This document shows positions 8,084-15,596 of a DNA stretch of 27,610 nucleotides, in pieces. Under the pieces are notes generated by a model. The model made no database searches and was not told where the DNA came from. It worked only from the letters and a program-made list of their open reading frames with translations. A program made the translations under genes and the position numbers. This DNA comes from a virus (lineage: Duplodnaviria > Heunggongvirae > Uroviricota > Caudoviricetes): the IMG/VR virus record IMGVR_UViG_3300015360_000028, positions 64,001-91,610 of that record; one strand, 5' to 3'. Position 1 is the stretch's first letter. Every line of letters starts with the position of its first letter.

Positions 8084-8751
8084 TGAGCAAAGATTTCAAC
8101 AACGTAACCTATCCAACATATGAAGCCTCTGATAAAGACCCTGCTGTGCCAGAAGCTCATCTTGAATCTTCTCACGAAGGGCTCGCCTCAAATGTAAAGG
8201 GAGCAACTCATCCTTTATTCTCGAGCGAAGGTCTTATCCAAACGATCAATCAAGCGAGAAATATTAGCAACACATCAGAGCCACAGTTAAGCGGCGAAAT
8301 AAAAGAACAGTTCTTTGTTGACGTGGTTGCAGCAGCTCGTAAAACAAAATGCCCAGTCGACTTGCTCTTGTTCATGTGTGATTGGGAAAAAGATGTAACT
8401 TCAAGATCAGACGGTAAAGACGCTGAGGGGATTGCTAAGAAGATTGTATCGAATGTTTCTTCTCTCAGACAAACTCTTGGCCGCGATCCATTGCATGCTG
8501 AAGTATTTGCTGCCCACGTGGTAAAAGATGCAGGTAAGGTCAAGCAGATTTATGACGACAACAAAAATAAACCAGAAAAACCGTGCACTCCACCAGGATC
8601 TGATAAAGACCCGATCGTAACGAAGAAATTGCGTAACGCTAAAGAAGTTCTCAGAACCAACCGTGAAATGTATGATTTCTTCCACAAGAGATTTCCAACA
8701 GGAAAAGTTCTCTATAAACAGCTATTAGGAAAAGATAAATACACAGCATGA
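8083..8751 (+). CDS. Hypothetical protein, possibly a degenerate lytic-transglycosylase-like fold
   Basis: AAARKTKCPVDLLLFMCDWE and NVSSLRQTLGRDPLHAEVFAAH resemble SLT-like motifs (A...G.D..YL....ES; N...L...LGR.P...E.Y.AH). Recognised by eye only. Confidence 0.4.
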   Translation: MSKDFNNVTYPTYEASDKDPAVPEAHLESSHEGLASNVKGATHPLFSSEGLIQTINQARNISNTSEPQLSGEIKEQFFVDVVAAARKTKCPVDLLLFMCDWEKDVTSRSDGKDAEGIAKKIVSNVSSLRQTLGRDPLHAEVFAAHVVKDAGKVKQIYDDNKNKPEKPCTPPGSDKDPIVTKKLRNAKEVLRTNREMYDFFHKRFPTGKVLYKQLLGKDKYTA

Positions 8752-9326
8752 ACATAGACGCTTCAACATTTATTGATAAGGGTTTCCCCTTATCGAGAAA
8801 CTTCATCCTCGAACATCTTTCTTCTGGTGCCTATAATCAGATGCTGGGGCAATGGATGCCGAAGTTCTCGTCTAAGATTATTCCCAGAGCAACTGGTCAA
8901 TTCGGCTTTGATGGGAGCATACCTCTTTGGAAGGTTATTTCCAATCTTCAGGCAGGTGCAGAAGGCTTGCTTGAAAGATTTGTAGACGGCTTCGGTGGTG
9001 ATCTCCAGGTTATGGCAGGTTTCCTAAACAACGTATCTAAAACCAACATCAGCTCTGAACTACAGCATTTAGCTGGAGCGAGCTTTGACATCCAGATTGG
9101 TGGATATCAATCGAATATGTATAATGTAGCCAAGGAAATCCAAAAACTAAGCCGTGGCGCTTCTACGTTAGAGCTTATCCATTCGACAACATCTTCTTGG
9201 GTTCACGTCGGCTTTGACAAGAAAGCGCTGATCGATTCAATTAAAGAAACTCCACAATTCATGACCAGAGATTTGGTTTCTGGTATTGCTGAACAAGGAT
9301 TAACATCTTTGAGAGGTTTTGTTTAA
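8748..9326 (+). CDS. Peptidase M15A-like protein
   Basis: LSRNF.L..L, VISNLQA.A..LLE, QH-x6-D (H107/D114), WVHV (H153). The usual SG(Y/F)R motif reads AGFL. ATGA overlap with the upstream ORF. Confidence 0.65.
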   Translation: MNIDASTFIDKGFPLSRNFILEHLSSGAYNQMLGQWMPKFSSKIIPRATGQFGFDGSIPLWKVISNLQAGAEGLLERFVDGFGGDLQVMAGFLNNVSKTNISSELQHLAGASFDIQIGGYQSNMYNVAKEIQKLSRGASTLELIHSTTSSWVHVGFDKKALIDSIKETPQFMTRDLVSGIAEQGLTSLRGFV

Positions 9327-9844
9327 TTCAACGACTTGTAGAAATCGTTCGTGAAACTGCGATATTCTTTCTTACAAACCGCCCACCAGAGATCATAGTA
9401 GAAACTGCGTTCATCAGTTGCCGTCGGGCCGACTCCGGCTTTGATTGCTTCTGGGTCGATATATTGTGGACCGGGTCCTGGACCTTGTGGCATTAGATGC
9501 GAGGGCGTGTACGTTAAATCATCCGTCATCGCGGGATAATTGCAGACCACCTCATAGAACTCATGGTGCGGATAATTTGGGTAGGGAAGTTTTTTCGTGC
9601 TGCCGTCTGAATTCTTTGTGACGGTCTTAACCTTCACATCAAACCCCTCATCACCTTCGCTGCTGAAGGCTTTTTTCTTGACGATGAAGCCGTAAGTCAC
9701 AGACTGGATTCTTTCGAGGTTCATCGTAAATACAGGGAATACGGTGAACGCTTTTTCTGCGTCTTTGTGCTTGAAGTCAGTAGCTAACGCTGAAGACGTG
9801 GTTATCAGGAAGGCTACGCAAGTCGCTTTTACAATGTGTTTCAT
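9323..9844 (-). CDS. Secreted/periplasmic hypothetical protein (antisense insertion)
   Basis: From ATG 9844: MKHIVKATCVAFLITTSSALA|TDF, a Sec-type signal peptide with ALA cleavage site; two Cys in the mature part. ATG 9871 is an alternative start. Its stop codon overlaps that of the convergent ORF (TTAA at 9323-9326). Confidence 0.7.
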   Translation of the reverse strand: MKHIVKATCVAFLITTSSALATDFKHKDAEKAFTVFPVFTMNLERIQSVTYGFIVKKKAFSSEGDEGFDVKVKTVTKNSDGSTKKLPYPNYPHHEFYEVVCNYPAMTDDLTYTPSHLMPQGPGPGPQYIDPEAIKAGVGPTATDERSFYYDLWWAVCKKEYRSFTNDFYKSLN

Positions 9845-9850
9845 ATATCT

Positions 9851-9879
9851 AATATAATAGATGGATAGCATAAATACAA
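9851..9879 (-). promoter_or_regulatory. Sigma70-like promoter TTGTAT-N17-TATATT, probably giving a leaderless mRNA
   Basis: -35 at 9879-9874, -10 at 9856-9851, then 6 nt, then ATG 9844. No Shine-Dalgarno before that ATG. Confidence 0.5.
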
Positions 9880-9909
9880 GGTTTCAATAAAGTAGAGTTA
9901 AAGAACACC

Positions 9910-9940
9910 AAATAAAAAGAAACGACGGGTACGTCGCTTC
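9910..9940 (-). terminator. Rho-independent terminator
   Basis: Minus-strand RNA GAAGCGACG-UACC-CGUCGUUUC (9-bp stem, one G-U) followed by UUUUUAUUU. Confidence 0.7.
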
Positions 9941-10041
9941 AGTTTATGGCTTTCACAGATAGATAAGGTCGGTAGGGACTGCAGGGTGAACCGAAATCCC
10001 TACCGGTGCTAACCTCTTCGCCCAACTTTTCAGCAAAGGCA
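9912..10041 (-). ncRNA. Candidate ~130-nt small RNA
   Basis: Bounded by a sigma70-like promoter and an intrinsic terminator. Contains a perfect 9-bp stem CGGUAGGGA/UCCCUACCG, extended by GAGGU/ACCUU across a 6-nt bulge. No obvious ORF. No family recognised. Confidence 0.45.
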
Positions 10042-10047
10042 CGTATT

Positions 10048-10075
10048 ATCTTAACACTTTGGCGGCAGAAGTCAA
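10048..10075 (-). promoter_or_regulatory. Sigma70-like promoter TTGACT-N16-TAAGAT with extended -10 TG
   Basis: -35 at 10075-10070, TGn-TAAGAT at 10056-10048, pointing into the candidate sRNA. Confidence 0.55.
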
Positions 10076-10116
10076 TACCGATCTTAGGTTTCTAGAAATA
10101 AGTCAAGTGATTTCTG

Positions 10117-10124
10117 TATAAATA
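10117..10124 (+). promoter_or_regulatory. T4-type late promoter for the PAAR-gp25-gp6-gp7 operon
   Basis: Exact intergenic TATAAATA followed by GGAGG RBS and ATG 10140. Confidence 0.85.
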
Positions 10125-10139
10125 AACGGAGGGAAAAGA

Positions 10140-10424
10140 ATGGCAGAGTTGGTAGCAGTAAAAGACGATCCAAATACGCACGGCGAAGGCAAATTGCTAG
10201 CGTCGACGAATCCTGGATTGTTTTATATTAACGGAAAACTCCTTGTTACCGTTGAAAGCACAGCAACCCCTGATAATGCTGGCCACTCCCCCCATGATGT
10301 AAACTCGAAGGGCGGCTCTTCGAAATTCTTTGCTATGGGACTAGCCGTACACAGAAACAATGACGCCAGATACTGCGACGCCCTCACAGTCGTCCAGGGA
10401 CAGACAAAATTTACTTCGGGATAA
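10140..10424 (+). CDS. gp5.4: PAAR-like spike tip protein (gp5.4)
   Basis: 94 aa with degenerate PAAR repeats (FYING.., GSSKFF.MGLAVHR.ND...C) and candidate Zn ligands H14, H49/H52, C79. Located between gp5 and gp25. Confidence 0.75.
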   Translation: MAELVAVKDDPNTHGEGKLLASTNPGLFYINGKLLVTVESTATPDNAGHSPHDVNSKGGSSKFFAMGLAVHRNNDARYCDALTVVQGQTKFTSG

Positions 10425-10427
10425 GAG

Positions 10428-10829
10428 ATGCCATTAATTCCACTGAAAGAGATCATTTATAAAGATTTGGATTTGTCTTTCGCCAAGCATCCCGTAACGA
10501 ATCAGCCAGCCGTTCTAAAGAATGCCAACGCAATTAGCCGATCAATCAAGAATCTAGTTCTAACAAACAGATACGAAAGATTGTTCCAGCCTACAACTTA
10601 CAGCGATGTTGTCGCTACACTCTTTGAAAACTTCGATCCTATCACCGTCCAGATTCTAAAGAACGCAATTATCGACGTCATCAAGAACAACGAAAAAAGA
10701 GCTCAACTCGTCGATGTCATAATTAAAGAAGACTTTGATAATAACAGGCTTGAGGTGACAGTCGGATACATTCCACTCAATGCCCGCGAAATTGTAGAAG
10801 TCCAGATTTTTCTAGAGAGAACAAGATAA
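10428..10829 (+). CDS. gp25: Baseplate wedge subunit gp25
   Basis: YKDLDLSF..HPVT......N..AI.RSIKNLV.T...ER.FQP, I.N.E.R motifs. Confidence 0.93.
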   Translation: MPLIPLKEIIYKDLDLSFAKHPVTNQPAVLKNANAISRSIKNLVLTNRYERLFQPTTYSDVVATLFENFDPITVQILKNAIIDVIKNNEKRAQLVDVIIKEDFDNNRLEVTVGYIPLNAREIVEVQIFLERTR

Positions 10830-10830
10830 C

Positions 10831-12711
10831 ATGTCAATTGCTAATACATCCCTTAGAGTCACTGACCTCAATTTCAGAGATATCAAACAGAACCTCACAA
10901 CTTACTTGAAAGGTAAGTCAGAGTTTGCCGACTTTGATTTTAACGGATCGACACTCTCGACGATCCTAGACGTTCTTTCTTATAACACATATTACAATGC
11001 TTTCTACCTAAACATGGTAGCAAACGAAATGTATATCGATTCAGCTACACTCAGAGGCTCGGTATCTTCTCTCTCAAAAGCATTAAACTATCTTCCCAGA
11101 TCAGCAAGATCTTCAGTTGCAACTTTGAATTTGACCTTCGTCCCTAACAACTCTCCAGCAGAAATCATCATCCCTAAATACACCAGATTTGAAACAAGAA
11201 TCGATGGTGTAGTTTATGAATATACTACCAATCAAGCCTACACAGTTCTTGATGATGATGGCCTTTATAGAAAAACGATTGACGTCTATGAAGGTATCGC
11301 TTTGACATACACCTTCGGATTCATGACAGGACAGAGACCTTACTTTGTGATTCCATTGGAAAACTTAGACACGACCAGTCTAGTGGTTAGCGTTAGACCT
11401 TCAACTGGATCAACAGAAACAATTGAATATACCGTGGTTTCAGATATCACCGAAGTGGGTTCAACCTCGACGGTCTACTACGTTCAAGAAAATATCGATC
11501 AATTCTACGAAATCTATTTTGGGGACGGCGTTCTAGGCAAAGCACTTGCTAATGGAAACGTCGTGACAATCATCGCTAGAGAATGCAGTGGGTCAGCTCC
11601 AAACGGAGCGTCAGTATTCACAGCACTTGGTTATTCTGGATATAACAAGCTAACACCGACAACACGTTACACGGCAGATGTCTCATCAGTTAGCCAAACA
11701 GCAACCGATGGTGAAGAAAAAGAAACATTGGAATCAATCAAGTTCAATGCTCCAAGAAGCTACGAAACTCAAAATAGATTGGTTACAGAATCAGACTATA
11801 AGCAGTTCTTGCTGAACAACTTCTCTGATATTCAATCGGTATCGTTATGGGGCGGTGAAGAAAACGACCCCCCTTATTATGGAAAGGTTATTCTTTCGGC
11901 CAAACCTATCAGCGGATTCCTCTTGTCGAACACTCGTAAGACTACAATCATTCAGCAGATGAAGAAATATAACCCAATGTCAATTGACGTTCTGATTATT
12001 GATCCTTCATTTATCTACGTTACACCGACAATCAAAGTTTCGTATCAATCGACAGCAACAACACTTTCTGCCGATGCTTTGCTAGCATTAGTTTCGGCTA
12101 AGGTGCAATCGTATGAAACAAATCAACTTTCAATCTTTGGAAATAATTTCTATGCATCCAAATTCATTAAGACGATCGACGATGCTGACACATCCATTGT
12201 TTCCAACAAATCAACCTTTAGATTCGAGAAACGCTTCGTCCCTTCACTTAGCTCTCTACTCACATACAAGATCGATTTCAAAGCAGCCATCTATAATCCA
12301 TTCGAAGGATATCAAGGGGCAGTTGCTTCCACAGCATTTAACTTGGAAGGAACAACTCAAGAACTTTACTTGGATGATGATGGCTACGGCCGTATTAGAC
12401 TTTACTATCTAGATGGCAACACGAAGATCTTCACCAACACAGATGCAGGCACAGTAAATTATTCAACTGGCATCATCCAATTGAATTCTTTTATCTTCTC
12501 AGACTATGCAGGGGACGAAGTAAAAATCAATATTGAACCTCTTGAAAAAGATCTAACACCAACAAAATCACAAATCGTTCTTCTTTCTTATCCTCAGGTC
12601 ACCCTGTTCGACGTCTCAACAAGAGTTATCACCAAGATCTCATTGCTAGATGTTGTCGGGAATGACTCTCCGGTTAAGACAGATAGCGTCTTGAATACGG
12701 TTCTCGTCTAA
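10831..12711 (+). CDS. gp6: Baseplate wedge subunit gp6
   Basis: LNF.DIK.NL..YL....EF.DFDF.GS.LS..LDVL.YNT.YNAFY.NM..NE.Y.DSA.LR; ESIKFNAP..Y..QNR.VT..DY; WGGE.N.PP.YGKV. Confidence 0.95.
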   Translation: MSIANTSLRVTDLNFRDIKQNLTTYLKGKSEFADFDFNGSTLSTILDVLSYNTYYNAFYLNMVANEMYIDSATLRGSVSSLSKALNYLPRSARSSVATLNLTFVPNNSPAEIIIPKYTRFETRIDGVVYEYTTNQAYTVLDDDGLYRKTIDVYEGIALTYTFGFMTGQRPYFVIPLENLDTTSLVVSVRPSTGSTETIEYTVVSDITEVGSTSTVYYVQENIDQFYEIYFGDGVLGKALANGNVVTIIARECSGSAPNGASVFTALGYSGYNKLTPTTRYTADVSSVSQTATDGEEKETLESIKFNAPRSYETQNRLVTESDYKQFLLNNFSDIQSVSLWGGEENDPPYYGKVILSAKPISGFLLSNTRKTTIIQQMKKYNPMSIDVLIIDPSFIYVTPTIKVSYQSTATTLSADALLALVSAKVQSYETNQLSIFGNNFYASKFIKTIDDADTSIVSNKSTFRFEKRFVPSLSSLLTYKIDFKAAIYNPFEGYQGAVASTAFNLEGTTQELYLDDDGYGRIRLYYLDGNTKIFTNTDAGTVNYSTGIIQLNSFIFSDYAGDEVKINIEPLEKDLTPTKSQIVLLSYPQVTLFDVSTRVITKISLLDVVGNDSPVKTDSVLNTVLV

Positions 12712-12713
12712 TA

Positions 12714-14063
12714 ATGTCACAAGCAAACACCATATCAATTTTCGTTAAAAGTCAGTTCCCTGACAACTTCAATGTTGATGGTGCGCAACTTGTCAAATTC
12801 ATCGAATACTATTACGAATGGCTTGAGCAATATGAAAATCCTGTTTATGTCGCTCGTAAACTTCAAGAATATGCTGACGTAGATTTCATCCCCGACAAGT
12901 TCTTTGATTTTATCCGTGATGAGTTTATGAAGAACATTCCGACGCAAAACGTCGTTGATGACCGTTTACTTGTAAAGCACATCAAAGATTTCTATAGAGC
13001 GAAGGGAACTGAAAAATCCTTTAGACTCTTGTTTAGAATTCTTTTCAATGACGACATCGATTTCTACTACCCAGGCGAAGATATCCTCAGAGCCTCTGAT
13101 GGACGTTGGGTTGTCGAAAGATCGGTTATTGTTAACAGTTTGGTTAGTGACTTCACACCTTTTGTTTCTGTAAAAGGGGAAAACTCTGTAGCAACGGCAA
13201 AGATTGACAGGGTTGCAACATACATTCAGTCAAGCGTTGAAATTACTGAAGTCTATCTCACAAGCATCTTTGGAACATTCCAACAGAATGAATATTTGAT
13301 AGACACTATATCAGGAGACAAGATTGCCTATGTCACTTCAAACGGAGTGACAACTTATCCAGGCTCATGGGCAGGAACAAAAGGTTGGTTATCTTGGGAC
13401 AAATATCTTCAAGATAATTTCTACTACCAGGAATTTTCCTATGTTCTTAAAACTTCTAATCCGGTAAACAACTATCGTGATATCGTTGAAAAGCTAGTTC
13501 ATCCAGCCGGTACAAAACTATTCGGCAGCATTCTCATTATTCCTGATCTTAACCAAGGTCAGTTCTCGAACGTTGCATCCTTAACATCACTATCAGCTGG
13601 GGGTGGCTCGTTGGACTTGGGTGTCGGTGTCGAATCTATCTTAGGCTTCGCTGCAGTTGACGTTGGTACGTCAGGCGTATTCGTGTTCGAATTGATCGTC
13701 GATTCTTACCCGACCCCATTCTCAGCTAATTCATATATTTCAGTAGCCTCTTCAGCAAACGGAGCAGGAACCCTTTCAGTTCTAAATTCTCAGCTTATAA
13801 CTTTCTATGCTTCCAATACAATTTCTGAGCTAAGAGGACTTGAATTAAGTCACTTCTCAGGGGCGGCAAAGATTGTTTATGGAACTGGAACCGACTTCGA
13901 ACCAAGCGTAACCTCAGGGGATGCTCTTGACATCTACAACTCGAATGGCACCTTCCAAACTATCATTTCAAAGGTTTCTTCAGACAGATGGTTAGCACTC
14001 AAAGACGCTCACACATATGGAACAGTTACAGCGAAAACGTATAAATATTATAGCATAGCATAA
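12714..14063 (+). CDS. gp7: Baseplate wedge subunit gp7 (short form)
   Basis: F.EYYYEWLE, IKDFY.AKGT..SF..LFR.LF, LRASDG.W, QDN.YYQEFSY.LK, K.VHPAG..LFG motifs. Confidence 0.85.
   Translation: MSQANTISIFVKSQFPDNFNVDGAQLVKFIEYYYEWLEQYENPVYVARKLQEYADVDFIPDKFFDFIRDEFMKNIPTQNVVDDRLLVKHIKDFYRAKGTEKSFRLLFRILFNDDIDFYYPGEDILRASDGRWVVERSVIVNSLVSDFTPFVSVKGENSVATAKIDRVATYIQSSVEITEVYLTSIFGTFQQNEYLIDTISGDKIAYVTSNGVTTYPGSWAGTKGWLSWDKYLQDNFYYQEFSYVLKTSNPVNNYRDIVEKLVHPAGTKLFGSILIIPDLNQGQFSNVASLTSLSAGGGSLDLGVGVESILGFAAVDVGTSGVFVFELIVDSYPTPFSANSYISVASSANGAGTLSVLNSQLITFYASNTISELRGLELSHFSGAAKIVYGTGTDFEPSVTSGDALDIYNSNGTFQTIISKVSSDRWLALKDAHTYGTVTAKTYKYYSIA
14040..14047 (+). promoter_or_regulatory. T4-type late promoter upstream of gp8
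   Basis: Exact TATAAATA in the gp7 3' end, 28 nt before ATG 14076. Confidence 0.7.
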
Positions 14064-14075
14064 CAGGGATTAGAC

Positions 14076-15587
14076 ATGGCCGGTATTATTACTAAAAACT
14101 TTCGTCTTCACAACACGACACAGTTCAAGGAACAGTTTTCAGAAGCTGCAGCAACGAATATCTACTTATTCGTAGCCAGAAACAGATCTTGGCCAGACGA
14201 TAACAATCCTCCAGTGCCAACTGAAGTTCTTGATACCGTAGAATATGATATCTGGAACAATATGCTGGCTATGAAGCGCGTCAATGCTTCAGATGTTTCC
14301 TATGCTTCTCCCAGAATTGATTGGATTACCGGAACTGTCTATGCTCAATACACCGCTACAACAACCTATTCCGATGTCGCTCAATACTACGTCGTTACAG
14401 AAGATTATAATGTCTACAAATGTATTTCGAATAATCTTGGCGCCCAATCAACGGTTAAACCCACAGGAGCTCTAACGACTGTTTTTTCTACAGCAGATGG
14501 TTACAAATGGAAGTTCTTATTTGCCGTATCGGCAGCAGACGCCATCAAGTTCTTGACCTCTACTTATATTCCAGTGAACACGCTCACGGTCGACAACGGT
14601 TCATCCCAATGGGGTGTTCAGACTGCTGCAGCTAACGGTTCAATCGAAACCATTTCTGTTACATCTACAGGCTCAGCCTATAAATCACACGCAGGGGTTC
14701 TTGCAGCAGGCGGTACCACATCGGTCACACTTGCATCGGGGGCAGACGCAACAGACGACGTCTACAATTATTCTTCACTTTATATATCTTCAGGAACTGG
14801 AGCAGGGCAGCTTAGAAAGATTGTGAACTATGTAGGTGCAACAAAGGTTGCAACTCTACAGTCAGCATTTTCTCCAGCATTGGATACTTCATCGAACTAC
14901 ATTCTAGGTCCAACCGTAAACGTTACAGGAGATGGAACCTCTCTAACAGCATATGCAAACGTCAACTCAGGCGTCTTAAGATATGTGAACGTTATCGCCA
15001 GAGGTTCGAACTACTCTTATGCGAACGTTACAATTACAGCCAACGCTTCTTGGGGAACAGGCGCTGCAGTTGCTGCTCAGATTTCGCCAAAAGGTGGACA
15101 CGGCAAAGATGCAACCGCAGAACTCTACGCTCATAACTTGATCTTGAACGTAAAACTAACAGGCACAGAATCTTCAACATTCTTTACTTCAAATGATTTT
15201 AGAATCTTGGGGCTTGTAGCCGATCCAATTTCAAACGGTGCGGTATCAGCGGCAGCATCATACAGAATGACAAAAAGATACGTGGTTACTTCACCAGCAG
15301 GAACTCCAACAGCAGATGAAATCTTCACAGGTGGATCTTCGGGCGCTACAGGGTATTTCGTCGAAAAAGCAAACACCACGGTTCTTTTCTTCACAGGCGG
15401 AAGAGGAACATTTACAGCAGCCGAAATCATTACAGGTGGATCGTCAGGAGCAACGGCAACAGTGGCTTCGGTTATTCATCCATTGGTTTCTAAATACAGA
15501 GGCAAGATTATTTACTTTGAAAATAGAGCACCTATCGCCAGAGCATCAGACCAGGCTGAAGACATTAAATTGATTACAAGATTCTAA
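14076..15587 (+). CDS. gp8: Baseplate wedge subunit gp8
   Basis: IIT..FR..N...F, W.DD.NPP.P, W...TVY..Y, YYV.T.DYNVYKCI.N, DGY.WK.L, P.GGHG.D...EL.A, ENR.PI.RA.DQ.E.IKL. Confidence 0.93.
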   Translation: MAGIITKNFRLHNTTQFKEQFSEAAATNIYLFVARNRSWPDDNNPPVPTEVLDTVEYDIWNNMLAMKRVNASDVSYASPRIDWITGTVYAQYTATTTYSDVAQYYVVTEDYNVYKCISNNLGAQSTVKPTGALTTVFSTADGYKWKFLFAVSAADAIKFLTSTYIPVNTLTVDNGSSQWGVQTAAANGSIETISVTSTGSAYKSHAGVLAAGGTTSVTLASGADATDDVYNYSSLYISSGTGAGQLRKIVNYVGATKVATLQSAFSPALDTSSNYILGPTVNVTGDGTSLTAYANVNSGVLRYVNVIARGSNYSYANVTITANASWGTGAAVAAQISPKGGHGKDATAELYAHNLILNVKLTGTESSTFFTSNDFRILGLVADPISNGAVSAAASYRMTKRYVVTSPAGTPTADEIFTGGSSGATGYFVEKANTTVLFFTGGRGTFTAAEIITGGSSGATATVASVIHPLVSKYRGKIIYFENRAPIARASDQAEDIKLITRF

Positions 15588-15596
15588 GGAATATAA

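Noticed and set aside
9970-10005. Resemblance of the hairpin (GAUUU...UGCAG) to a SAM-II/SAM-V riboswitch, or (CUG...GAAA on +) to a hammerhead ribozyme
   Set aside because: The downstream GCUAAA pseudoknot partner of SAM-II and the CUGAnGA hammerhead core are both absent.
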